This document shows, one piece after another, positions 11,435-23,949 of a stretch of DNA of 64,000 bases. The DNA is taken from assembly GCA_040954595.2 (NCBI GenBank), contig CM082594.2:2188247-2252246 (forward strand), given 5' to 3'. Origin of the DNA: Balanoglossus misakiensis (lineage: Eukaryota > Animalia > Hemichordata). The notes beneath the pieces were generated by a model. The model saw only the letters and a list, made by a program, of their open reading frames with translations. It searched no databases and had not been told where the DNA came from. Position numbers and translations under genes: made by a program. Positions within the stretch are counted from its first letter, which is position 1, and the number at the start of each line of letters is the position of its first letter.

Positions 11435-14400
11435 ATGAAGCTCTTTTTTTCAATATACCTATTAATCTTGGCTCATCTGTCGCTCCTCTCCTGTAATACT
11501 CGTGGTTGTAGAGATGCTTTAAAGCGTTACAGTGTTATAGAATCCTTGAAGACACAGCATGGCTGTGATTGTATGTTTCTTCAAGAGACACACACATCAG
11601 TAACAGATGAACCATTATGGAGAATTTTATGGCGGGGAAATATCGAATTCTCTCATTTAAATACCTCTTCCGGGGGTGCAGCTATTTTGTTTCATCCCAA
11701 AGCGAGGGTAGATGTGTTACAAAAAGAAGAAATCATACCCGGTCGTCTTATTTATGTTCACGCCAAACTCAACAATCATCAGTATCATTTTATCAATATG
11801 TACGCACCAAATGATGGTCAGGCACGCCTTATAGCTTTTCATAAACTAAAACAGCTTCTCAATCGCATTCATTCATCTGAGGATCCAATTATTCTAGGTG
11901 GAGATTTCAACTGTACTATAGATGCTAAGGTTGATAGGCACAGTGGGTGTGAAACGCACCGAGAGTCTTCTATGTTCCTCTGTAAATTACTCAAGAGGTT
12001 TAAACTTATTGATACTTGGCGACAAATTCACCCCACTAGTCGCGCTTACACGTGGCACGGGCATAATGCCCATGCGCGGTTAGATCGCTTATATGTCAGT
12101 AAATTTATTACTAATAGGGTTGTTTCTGCTATGATTGTTCCAGTTACTTTCTCGGATCATTGCATTATGCAGATGCGAATCACTCAAAAACATGTTGTTC
12201 ACAAAAGTGCTTGTTGGACCTTAAATTCTTCGTTGTTAGATGATGAGGAGTATAAGTCCCTGATCAGTGATTTTTGGTGTGGCTGGAAAACAAAGAGATC
12301 GGAATTTGATTGCATACAAAACTGGTGGGACGCGGGCAAAATTCAGATAAAATTGTTATCACAACAGTATAGTGCTGGTCGACGTCAATATGAGCTAGCG
12401 ACGAAAGAAAAACTTCTGAAAGAGCTTTCCGTCATCGAACATAATATGTCCTCTAATAATCATGTTGATCACGCAGATTATGAACAGAAAAAAGCGCGGC
12501 TGAATGATATTCTCAAAACTGAAGTCAAGGGAGCGTGGGTTAGATCTAGATTTCAATTTATTAATGAAAGTGACAAGTCCACGAGGTTTTTCTTTGATCT
12601 GGAAAAACGTAAAAGTGCACGAAAGATGATGACACATCTCAAAATTGGTAACAATTTTGTTACTGAGGATCCGGCAACCATTCGAAAAACTGCAAGAGAG
12701 TTCTATAAATCACTCTACACTCCAGATGAAATTGATTTGGAACGTCTTAATGAGATTTTCACAGATATTCCAAGATTGTCGGATGATACAAAACATTCTC
12801 TTGATCAACAAATTACCTTTGATGAACTTACCAAGTCAGTTCGGTTACTCCGCAATAACAAATCCCCGGGAATCGATGGCATTCCGTCAGAATTTTATAA
12901 ATGTTTTTGGACTGTTATTGGACAAGACGTTTATGATGTTTTACTTGAGTCGATCCAAACAGGAGTTCTACCGCTGTCTTGTCGCCGAGCTTTGGTCACT
13001 TTGTTATTTGTTATTATACAAAGTTATTGTATTCCGGGTAGGACAATTTTTAATAATATTCACTGTATTCGCGACACTCTTTATTATGCAAATAAATACC
13101 AAAGTCCACTGGCCATTGTTTCACTCGATCAAGAGAAAGCGTTTGATCGAGTGCATCACAGTTACCTTTTCAACACTTTACAAGCCTTTGGCTTTGGTGA
13201 AGGTTTTATTGACTACATCAGGTTGATCTATAATAATACTGAAAGTGTCCTGAAAGTGAATTATGATCTTACAGTACCTTTTTGTTTTTGGACGGGGAAT
13301 TCGCCAGGGTTGCGCCCTGTCAGGACAATTGTACACGCTTTGCATAGAACCGTTACTACACAAACTACGGACAAGTGGTAATATGCGTGGCTTTTCAATC
13401 CCTGGAGTTAATTCAAGAAAAAAAGTTCTTTCTGGGTATGCCGATGATATAAATGTTTTTGTAACTTGTGACCAAGATTTTGATGGGCTTTCTTATTGGC
13501 TTGATGTGTATGAAAAGGCTTCTAACGCTAAAATTAACTTTCAGAAGTCCAAAGGTCTCTGGGCTGGAAGTTGGCGGAATAGAAAGGACTGTCCTTTAGA
13601 CCTCTCTTGGAACAGTGAAGGGTTGAAATTTTTAGGTGTTTACCTTGGCAATGATAAGGAGTACATTAAGAAAAACTGGGAGGGTCTGATGGACTATGTT
13701 GAGCAAACGCTTAAAAGATGGAAACTGTATGCAAAAGCCATTTCTTACCGTGGTAGAGCCATCATAATTAATCAGTTAGCTGCATCAAAACTTTGGCACA
13801 AGTTTCTTTGCATACCCCCCCCCCCCCCCTGATGATCTTGTATCTAATATTCAAGTTCTTTTTGTTAATTTCTTTTGGCAAGGAAGGCGTTGGCTTCCAC
13901 ACGAAATGCTGTACCTGCCGGTTGATGAGGGAGGTCAGGCCATTGTTCACATTCAAAGTAAAATTAACAGCTTTCGAATGATGCATATACGAAAACTGCT
14001 GTATGATAACTCTGACTATTGTTTACATCACTATGCAAGATTTTTCTTAAACAAAATAGTTATATTCAGTTATGGAATTAATGTTTTTGCTATTAATTTA
14101 TCAGATATTATTTACTTAAATGATAATGCTCCCCCCTTTTATTACCAGTTACTGAAAACGTGGTTGCTGCTTGATACGAAGCGACGCAATACTCAGATTA
14201 CTGTTACTGATATTATGGCAGAACCTTTGTTTTACAACCCATTGGTTTTACATCCCACACAGAAATGCCCCCTATATCTGAAGCATTTTATTGATGGGGG
14301 CGTCGTAAAAATTTGTGATCTTTTTAATTTTGGTGAAAAACGCAAGAAAACCACCTTTGAAATACAAAAAGATGTTTCGGTTAATTCTGTTAGAGTTTTA

Positions 14401-14994
14401 CACAGAACAATTCAGTTACTTTGGGATTCTATCCCCCAAAAGTGGAAAACACAACTTGAGCATTATATTTCAAATAACAATGATGATTCAGGGGAGATAA
14501 CACCTATTCAATTTGATATTTCACTTCCTCATACAGATTTAGAACCCATTTGTTTCAGTAAATTTTGTAGAAAAGATATTTACTTTTTATTTATCAAAAA
14601 ACTGTACAATCAGAAACATATCCACAGACTGCCAACTCCATGGCATGATCTGTTGTCATTACCAACTGATCTCAAGGCTAACTTTAATACAGTGTATTCA
14701 GAACCCCTTAGCAGACGTGACTGTGACGTTCAATGGAGAGCGATCCACGGGTGCTTGGCAACGGGACGATATTTATACTTGAGTAATCAACGAGACAATA
14801 TTGACTGTCCACACTGTGGGGAACCTGAGACACTCTTCCACCTGTTAATCGATTGCCCAGCTATACAGCCTCTTTATGAATATTTATGTGTGCTGCTAAA
14901 GAAAGTTCTGGAAAGCGACACAATTCCTCTGACCTGGTTTGCCATCGGAATGCCTATAGGACAACCTGACTGCAAATTACAAACTGTTCAGTAA
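11435..14994 (+). pseudogene. Tx1/L1 ORF2 (AP endonuclease - reverse transcriptase - CCHC), disrupted
   Basis: SCNTRG, FLQETH, GGDFN, RLDR, FSDH (APE); KSPGIDG, LDQEKAFDRV, GIRQGCALS, GYADD, KFLGV (RT); CPHCGEPETLFHLLIDC. Frameshifts near 13285 and at the poly-C run ~13815-13830. The expected PK..NWRPISLL RT block is deleted near 13003. Confidence 0.9.
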
Positions 14995-15250
14995 TATATG
15001 GTGTATTAACAATGCAATATGTGAGCTTACCACGGATAATGAACTGATTTTTAAATTATGAACACTTTGTATAAAAGGATTTATGTACATATTTTAGTGT
15101 CTCCATCGATCAGCTGGTACTGATTTTGATGATGATGTGATGTATAGTATGTTGATTGATAATTGTTAATTCGCTTGATTTGGGCTGATTTTGTTGAAAA
15201 CTTGTATGTAATTTAGTATAATATACTTTTGTACATTAAAGGTTATTTAT

Positions 15251-17347
15251 GTGCATCACAGTTACCTTTTCAACACTTTACAAGCCTTTGGCTTTGGTGA
15301 AGGTTTTATTGACTACATCAGGTTGATCTATAATAATACTGAAAGTGTCCTGAAAGTGAATTATGATCTTACAGTACCTTTTTGTTTTTGGACGGGGAAT
15401 TCGCCAGGGTTGCGCCCTGTCAGGACAATTGTACACGCTTTGCATAGAACCGTTACTACACAAACTACGGACAAGTGGTAATATGCGTGGCTTTTCAATC
15501 CCTGGAGTTAATTCAAGAAAAAAAGTTCTTTCTGGGTATGCCGATGATATAAATGTTTTTGTAACTTGTGACCAAGATTTTGATGGGCTTTCTTATTGGC
15601 TTGATGTGTATGAAAAGGCTTCTAACGCTAAAATTAACTTTCAGAAGTCCAAAGGTCTCTGGGCTGGAAGTTGGCGGAATAGAAAGGACTGTCCTTTAGA
15701 CCTCTCTTGGAACAGTGAAGGGTTGAAATTTTTAGGTGTTTACCTTGGCAATGATAAGGAGTACATTAAGAAAAACTGGGAGGGTCTGATGGACTATGTT
15801 GAGCAAACGCTTAAAAGATGGAAACTGTATGCAAAAGCCATTTCTTACCGTGGTAGAGCCATCATAATTAATCAGTTAGCTGCATCAAAACTTTGGCACA
15901 AGTTTCTTTGCATACCCCCCCCCCCCCCCTGATGATCTTGTATCTAATATTCAAGTTCTTTTTGTTAATTTCTTTTGGCAAGGAAGGCATTGGCTTCCAC
16001 ACGAAATGCTGTACCTGCCGGTTGATGAGGGAGGTCAGGCCATTGTTCACATTCAAAGTAAAATTAACAGCTTTCGAATGATGCATATACGAAAACTGCT
16101 GTATGATAACTCTGACTATTGTTTACATCACTATGCAAGATTTTTCTTAAACAAAATAGTTATATTCAGTTATGGAATTAATGTTTTGCTATTAATTTAT
16201 CAGATATTATTTACTTAAATGATAATGCTCCCCCCTTTTATTACCAGTTACTGAAAACGTGGTTGCTGCTTGATACGAAGCGACGCAATACTCAGATTAC
16301 TGTTACTGATATTATGGCAGAACCTTTGTTTTACAACCCATTGGTTTTACATCCCACACAGAAATGCCCCCTATATCTGAAGCATTTTATTGATGGGGGC
16401 GTCGTAAAAATTTGTGATCTTTTTAATTTTGGTGAAAAACGCAAGAAAACCACCTTTGAAATACAAAAAGATGTTTCGGTTAATTCTGTTAGAGTTTTAC
16501 ACAGAACAATTCAGTTACTTTGGGATTCTATCCCCCAAAAGTGGAAAACACAACTTGAGCATTATATTTCAAATAACAATGATGATTCAGGGGAGATAAC
16601 ACCTATTCAATTTGATATTTCACTTCCTCATACAGATTTAGAACCCATTTGTTTCAGTAAATTTTGTAGAAAAGATATTTACTTTTTATTTATCAAAAAA
16701 CTGTACAATCAGAAACATATCCACAGACTGCCAACTCCATGGCATGATCTGTTGTCATTACCAACTGATCTCAAGGCTAACTTTAATACAGTGTATTCAG
16801 AACCCCTTAGCAGACGTGACTGTGACGTTCAATGGAGAGCGATCCACGGGTGCTTGGCAACGGGACGATATTTATACTTGAGTAATCAACGAGACAATAT
16901 TGACTGTCCACACTGTGGGGAACCTGAGACACTCTTCCACCTGTTAATCGATTGTCCAGCTATACAGCCTCTTTATGAATATTTATGTGTGCTGCTAAAG
17001 AAAGTTCTGGAAAGCGACACAATTCCTCTGACCTGGTTTGCCATCGGAATGCCCATAGGACAACCTGACTGCAAATTACAAACTGTTCAGTAATATATGG
17101 TGTATTAACAATGCAATATGTGAGCTTACCACGGATAATGAACTGATTTTTAAATTATGAACACTTTGTATAAAAGGATTTATGTACATATTTTAGTGTC
17201 TCCATCGATCAGCTGGTACTGATTTTGATGATGATGTGATGTATAGTATGTTGATTGATAATTGTTAATTCGCTTGATTTGGGCTGATTTTGTTGAAAAC
17301 TTGTATGTAATTTAGTATAATATACTTTTGTACATTAAAGGTTATTT
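15251..17347 (+). repeat. Near-identical direct copy of 13151-15248 (3' part of the Tx1 element)
   Basis: Both copies start gtgcatcacagttacc and end ggttattt. Four differences seen by eye (G/A near 13888, 1-nt T indel near 14085, C/T near 14856, T/C near 14955). Frameshifts are shared. Confidence 0.95.
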
Positions 17348-17357
17348 GAAAACTCAA

Positions 17358-17390
17358 CTCTCTCTCTCTGTCTCTCTCTGTCTCTGTCTC

Positions 17391-17424
<34 letters not shown>

Positions 17425-17659
17425 CCTCTTTCATATGCAGGAGGTATGTATATACCCTATTTTTTTCATTTTAGTTGAGGAATTAGTTGTTGATTTCCTT
17501 TCAAATTTACATTGGCTATTACTAAAAATTTAGAATCTACGAATTACCGGAAATTTCCTCCCATGCCTGAAGAAATTTATAAAATAAATGTCTCTCTCGA
17601 CTCCCTCCTTTTCCCTCTCCTTCTCCCTCTTTCCCTGTTTCTGTCTCTGTCTGTCTTTT

Positions 17660-17706
<47 letters not shown>

Positions 17707-18485
17707 GATACAAAAGGTGTGTATATACCCTACTTTTATCATTTTATTCGAGGAATTAGTTGATGTGAATTACCGGAAGCTTCCTCTCATGCCTGAAGGA
17801 ATTTTAAAAATAAATGTCTCTCTCTTCCTCCTTTTCCCTCTTCTTCTCTGTCTCTGACTGTCTGTCTCTCCCTCTCTCTCTCTCTCTCTGATATCCAGTT
17901 GGTGAGTCTATACATGTACCATACTTTCATCATTTTCGTTGAGGAATTAGTTGATGGTCTCCTTTCAAATTTACATTGGCTATTACTAAAAATTTAGAAA
18001 CTGCACATTACCGGAAATTTCCTCCCATGCCTGAAGGAATTTAAAAAAATAACATCTCTCTCTCCCTGATTGTCTCTCTCTCTCTCAATCACTCTCTCTC
18101 TCTCAATCACTCTCTCTCTCTTTCTCTGTCTCTCTCTGCCTCTCTCTCTCTCTCTCTCTCTGAGTCTCTCTCTCTCTCTCTCTCTTTTTATCTTTGTCTG
18201 TCTCTCTCTATCTCTCTTTCATATGCAGGAGGTATGTATATATCCTACTTTTATCATTTTAGTCGGGGAATTAGTTGTTGATTTTCTTTCAAATTTACAT
18301 TGGCTATTACTAAAAATTTAGAATCTGCAAATTACCGGAAATTTCCTCCCATGCCTGAAGAAATTTAAAAAAATGTCTCTCTCTCCCTCATTGTCTCTAT
18401 CTCTCTATCACTATGTCTCTCTCGCTCTTACTATCTCTGTCTCTCCCTCATTTTCTCTCTCTCCATCACTCTCTCAATCTCTCCA

Positions 18486-18550
<65 letters not shown>

Positions 18551-18732
18551 CTCTTTCATATCCAGGAGGTATGTATATACCCTTACTTTTATCATTTTAG
18601 TCGAGGAATTAGTTGTTGATTTCCTTTCAAATTTACATTAGCTATTATTAATAATTTAGAATCTACGAATTACCGGAAATTTCCTCCCTTGCCTGAAGGA
18701 ATTTAAAAGATAAATGTTTCTCTCTCCCTCAT

Positions 18733-18802
<70 letters not shown>

Positions 18803-19033
18803 TATCTCTCTCTCTCTCTCTCTCATCTATACAGCGTGTAAGTATAATATACCCAGTACTTTTATCATTTTAGTCGAGGAATTAGTTGTTGATTTCCTTT
18901 CACCAATTTACATTGGCTATTACTAAAAATTTAGAATATGCAAATTACGGGAAATTTCCTCTCATGCCTGAAGGAATTTTAAAAATAAATGTCTCTCTCT
19001 TCCTCCTTTTCCTTCTTCTTCTCTGTCTCTGTA

Positions 19034-19080
<47 letters not shown>

Positions 19081-19212
19081 GATATCCAGCTGGTGAGTCT
19101 ATACATGTACCATACTTTTATCATTTTCATTGAGGAATTAGTTGATGATCTCCTTTCAAATTTATATTAGCTATTACTAAAGATTTAGAATCTGCAAATT
19201 ACCGGAAATTTT
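17358..19212 (+). repeat. Satellite array: ~7 units of ~150-bp core separated by variable (TC)n/(CA)n tracts
   Basis: Unit starts near 17430, 17704 (internally deleted), 17890, 18218, 18555, 18826 and 19080. Confidence 0.9.
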
Positions 19213-21835
19213 AACTGTCTGCGTTCCGAAATTAAATCTATAAAGGACCAATTTGTGTCATCCCCCTCGTCGAAGATGACAAATGACAATGTTGCACAAT
19301 GCAAAACAACGCACAATAATCGTAATGGTGACACTGATCAACCTTCTACTCCAAATGTCCGACCTTCTGGCTCTGCTTATAACAATTCAGCGCCACAATC
19401 AAAACCGAATACCGGTGCCTGCTCTGCATATCACACACAATCATATGCCAGCATAGCTGCCACAGGTGCGCATCAGAAACAAATTGCTGGGATTGAACCA
19501 CAAGGTACTATTCAACCTAGGCAGCCAATGACATCGATCTCTGCTAACGATGGCAGCTTTACTATGGTAAATAGACGTCGACAACGTAGAGTTGGGCGTC
19601 CAAAGCCTGTTATCGGAACTGACTCCAGTGACAATGATGGTATGCTAAAAGTCGTTGTTTCGCGTCCACCAGCTCGTGTGTTCGTCAGTAGATAACACCG
19701 CCATTAGAATTGGAAGACCGTATGGTGGGGTTGGAATCCTCTGGAGAAAGTCCCTCGTCCATAAGGCTAATACAACAATTTGTCACCACGGGAATGACGA
19801 TAGGCTTACGTCTTCAACTGGCAGACAAGATTCTCCTTTTCATTTGTGTGTACATGCCTACTGACTGTGAAGAAAATTTCGACTCTTTTATGCAACACCT
19901 GTCCAAGATAGAAAATATAATTGAGGAAAGTGGAGCAAACAGTGTTTTTGCTATGGGCGACTGGAATGCCGATCCTAATAGACCGTTTGGGAAAGAACTG
20001 AAATCATTCTGTTGTGAAAACAACTTCTTTCTGTCGGATTGTCACCTGTTAAATACGGCTAATGGTCCATTCACCTACATGAGCGAAGCTCATAAGAAAA
20101 CTTCGTGGCTAGACCATTGTGTGGCTACGTTCTCGGCGCATGCCAGTATAAACTCAATGTCGGTTCTGCATGATTTTGTTGCCTCAGACCACTTTCCCCT
20201 GTCAATGTCAATCTCGCTAAGGCTGCATTCACAAACACCTCTGGAGGGGGGGGGGCGGGAGAATTCATTTTTTTTTACCGCTAATTTTCACATGCCCCCC
20301 TTCCAAACTGCCAATATTTTCAAATCCCCCCCTTCCGAACTGCCAAAATTTTGAAATCCCCCCCCCCCATTTTCTTTCGCAGAGCAAAACACATCACCTA
20401 TCTATCTTGTAAAAAGAAAAACAGCACTCCCATGAAAAGAATTTGAAACTGATTTTTCCCCTCATCAGTGGGTATTAAAACTGAACATTGCTTTTATTTT
20501 TTAAGTACATATATTTGTATTCTGTGTTGGGAGACATTGTAAACCGATAATTGAAGGGGGTGGGTTTGGGAGGGGGTGTCCCCCTCCCACATTAGAAAAT
20601 TTTGTAAAATAAAGGGCGCGAAACTGCATTTTTGTGGACTCAAAATAAATATTTAGTCGTTAAAGTTTTCAAGTCCCCCCCTTTCAGTCCCTAAATTATT
20701 TCAAATCCCCCCCCCTTACATACCCTTAATTTTTTTCAAATCCCCCCCCCTCAATTCTCCTGCCCCCCCCCCCTCCAGAGGTGTTTGTGAATGCAGCCTA
20801 AGCGCACTCCCCTCTTTGGAAGACGGTCATAATGATACTGGCACTTGTAGAAACCGAGTCCACTGGAATCAAATTAGCAACAGTGATATTGACAATTTCT
20901 ACAATACTTCCGACAAATATCTCCAAGAGATTGAAATTCCGACACAAGCATTGCTCTGCAGAGATAGTCAGTGTGTGTGTGGACGTCATAAGGACAGCAT
21001 TAGTGCGTTCTATCGTAACATCACTCAGCCTTGAGAAGGGCATCAAATGTTTGCTTTGGTGATGTAACCAGCAAGAACAACTATAGACCCATTGCAATCT
21101 CAACGTCTTCCTCTAAAATTTTGGAAATTGTTATTCTTAACCGTTGTAAACATTACCTACACACAGAAGACTTTCAATTTGGGTTCAAACAGGGGCACTC
21201 CACTGATCTTTGTATTTACATTTTGAAAGAAGTCCTTAATTACTAGTGTTACAACAGCCCGATTTTTGTATGTTTCCTTGACGCGTCAAAAGCCTTTGAT
21301 CGTGTGAACCATTGGACCCTCTTCAAAAAGCTCATTGAAAGGGGAGTTCCTCGTTATGTTTTACGCATCCTGCTTGTCTGGTACCGGACACAGGAATTTT
21401 TTGTGCAATGGGGCGGAATGAGGTCCACAGTGCTCAATGCCAAGAACGGAGTCCGTCAAGGTAATATTCTATCTCCTCTGCTGTTCAATGTCTACATGGA
21501 TGAGCTAAGCATTCGTCTTAGTTCGTCTAAAATTGTCTGTAATATAGGTGGTCAAATGTTTAATCATCTCATTACGCCGATGATTTGTCACTTCTGTGCC
21601 CGTCGATAAAAGGTTTACGTCATCTAGTTTCAATTTGTGAGAGTTATGGAATCGAACATGACATTGTCTATCACAAAACAAAATCGAAGTGTATGTATTT
21701 TATACCAAACAAGAGTTCACTCAAAAAGGAGAATCTGCCTCTGGTGAAAATTGGCACCAGCCAACTGCAAGTTGTGCACCTGTATACGTATTTGGGTTAT
21801 GTTGTAACTGACAACTCGTTGTTGCAAAATTTGCA
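19213..21835 (+). mobile_element. Decayed non-LTR retrotransposon (CR1/L2/RTEX-like, clade not assigned)
   Basis: ORF1 remnant ending ...RVFVSR. APE motifs GRPYGGVGILWRK, VYMP, GDWNAD, WLDH, SDHFP. RT motifs NYRPIAI, QFGFKQG, FLDASKAFDRVNH, GVRQGNILSPLLFN, YADD (frameshifted), YLGY. Stops, frameshifts and large deletions. Confidence 0.85.
20221..20798. mobile_element. PIF/Harbinger-type MITE, copy 2 (578 bp, inverted relative to copy 1)
   Basis: Same TIRs as 8925-9727; TSD TAA at 20218-20220 and 20799-20801. Removal restores the LINE frame (SISLSALPSLEDGH). It lacks ~230 bp lying between two internal direct repeats of copy 1. Confidence 0.92.
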
Positions 21836-22250
21836 TATTTATAATTTTGAGCAATATTTGCCAATTTTGGTCAATTTTTTTTTCTTTAAAACCGCATGCC
21901 AGATTGCTTTCCAATTTGGTAGGCATGTTCGTAGGGGTAACCTAAGTAATATGTTGTAAAAAAATGTGATATTTTCCTAAATGTGTTACCGGGGAAACTT
22001 TTGCAATTTTTGTCAAAAATTGTTTTCTCTGAAACCGCTTGTCATATTGCATTGAACTTTGGCAGTATGTTCCTTGTAGTGATTGAAGTAAGATATTGTA
22101 CAATTTTGGTGATATTTGCATATTTGTGTTCTGGCCACTTTTGAACAAATATTTTCTGTGAAACTGCTTGTTGGGTTGCTTTGAAATTTGTTTTTTTCTC
22201 TGATTGCTTTGAAATTTAGGATATAGTTTCATAACACATACATGTATATG
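21836..22250 (+). repeat. Fragment of an interspersed repeat with an inverted homolog at ~27880-28880
   Basis: aaccgcatgccagattgctttccaatttggtaggcatgttc (~21890) matches the reverse complement of aaacatgcctaccaaatttcaatgcaatctgacaagcggtt (~28470). Confidence 0.55.
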
Positions 22251-22779
22251 TGCAACTTTTATTCGATTCTGATACAGGCACCTAATTCAGGCACCAAACT
22301 TATCTGTTTTTAAATCAAATGTCAAAACTTTACTTTTTAAATCTGCTTTTAGCCAATTGTTGTAGTGTATTATTTGCTTTTAGCGTCATTGATCATATTT
22401 TTGTGGATACTGACGCTTTATAAATAAATTATTATTTATTTATAATATCAGAAATATTCAAAATTTAGCGAGTTATTTGGTAAGTTTCTTTGTTTTTGGT
22501 AAGCAAATCTTCTCCTAAACCAATTGTCCAGTTGTTTTGAAAGTTACTGCTTACAAGGAGTTGTTACCCCCAACTTAGACATGTTTACATAACTTTAATA
22601 GGCCAGCTGTTACAGAGACCACCAGCTATTAAATTTTTAATTACCAGTGGCAGGTTAGTGTGTGTCTGTCTGTCTGTCTGTTCCAGGGCTGACTGAAAGA
22701 AGTTGCTTCTCATATGTGTTTGTACAGACAATTTTTGGTCAATTTTTTTCTAGCACCACTTGTTTGTGTCATCGGTTTT

Positions 22780-23658
22780 CAAAATCAGGCCGACCCCCCT
22801 TCACCCAGGAGCAAAAAATGATGACCCCCCCCTTTGACAGACCCAAAAATATGATGACCCCCCCCCCCACGCCGAAAACATTCGCCGTCCTGATCCTATG
22901 TACATTGTATGCAATAAAGGGAATGAGGCTCCTCACACCTCAATTATAAATTTCTTAAAGTAATTGAAGTATATAATAGTATATCGTTGCAATAAAGAAA
23001 TCTATGAACAAATTAAAATGACAAGTCAATACAATAGTTGCTAGAATTGGTAAAACAAGAAAAGTGGTGGGGGTGGGCGTGGGAGGGGGTGTCCCCCTCC
23101 CAGATAAGAAAATTTTGTAAAATATGTAGCGCAAAGTTGCATTTTAATGAACTCAAAAGCAAATTATCTCAATGTTTGGGAGGACCGATTTTACTTTTTG
23201 CCACTCTACTCAAAGTTAGAAGATTTGGCGTCATGTTGTCATGACATCATTTATAAAACTTCTAGTATATAGCAGATGCAGCACGAAACTATCAGTTATG
23301 CAAAATGGTTGAAATGATTATTCTCCTTTATGTATTTACTTTGTTAAATATAATCATCGGTGGGGTTTGGGTGGCAAGCACTCTACCCTGGTACACTAGA
23401 CAAACCAGCAAAAAATGAAATGTGGCAGAGAATGAAGGGGGTGGGTGAAAATTTTGTAAAATAAGGGATGCGAAACTACAATTTTGTGGACTCAAAAGCA
23501 AAAGTTCGGAGGCAAAAGTATGTGACCTCCCCTTAAACGTTTAAAAAAACAGATGACCCCCCCCCCCCTTTTGGACTTCAAAATTTAAGTGTCCCCCCCC
23601 TGGATTTTGCTGCCCCCCCCCCCCCCCCCCCCCCGGCCGTAAAAACTGAACGGTCCCT
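22780..23658. mobile_element. Truncated Harbinger-like MITE relative
   Basis: One TIR-like end (aaaaactgaacggtccct), C-rich subterminal repeats, and the gggagggggtgtccccctccca motif shared with the 8925/20221 MITEs. Other end not seen. Confidence 0.45.
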
Positions 23659-23660
23659 GC

Positions 23661-23949
23661 TTATGTTATTCTACATGTGGATATATAGTGAATCAACATT
23701 CAACCACACACACCTTCCATCCCCTTTGTAGGATATGAAAGTAAAAATCTCGCCCAAATGAATAAATGGTAGACACCGATTATTCTTTTTGGCGAGTTTT
23801 TCACTCTCGTGTCTACAAGTGGGATGGAAATTGTGTGTGGTTGAACTTTCATTCACTACATACACACATGTACATTAACATAAACAGCATCTTGTATCAA
23901 ACATAATTAATCGAAGTGGGGCAGGGAGAGAGAGACTTTGTCCCTTTAA
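23661..23949. mobile_element. Partial Kolobok-like MITE family A (further fragments at ~24800-24829 and 25490-25765)
   Basis: Internal similarity to 2432-2777 and terminus gactttgtccct+TTAA. Confidence 0.65.

Larger units (their letters stand above)
11133..17357 (+). mobile_element. 5'-truncated Tx1-clade (L1 group) non-LTR retrotransposon inserted in a (TC)n tract, with a duplicated 3' 2.1 kb
   Basis: ORF1 C-terminal remnant 11133-11407. ORF2 with APE, RT and CCHC motifs. 3' end ...attaaaggttatttgaaaactcaa joined directly to (CT)n; 5' end joined to (TCTG)n. Confidence 0.88.

Noticed and set aside
17358-19212. Repeat-spacer array as CRISPR, and the Ser/Leu-rich ORFs within it
   Set aside because: Repeats are ~150 bp and spacers are microsatellites; the ORFs are translations of (TC)n.
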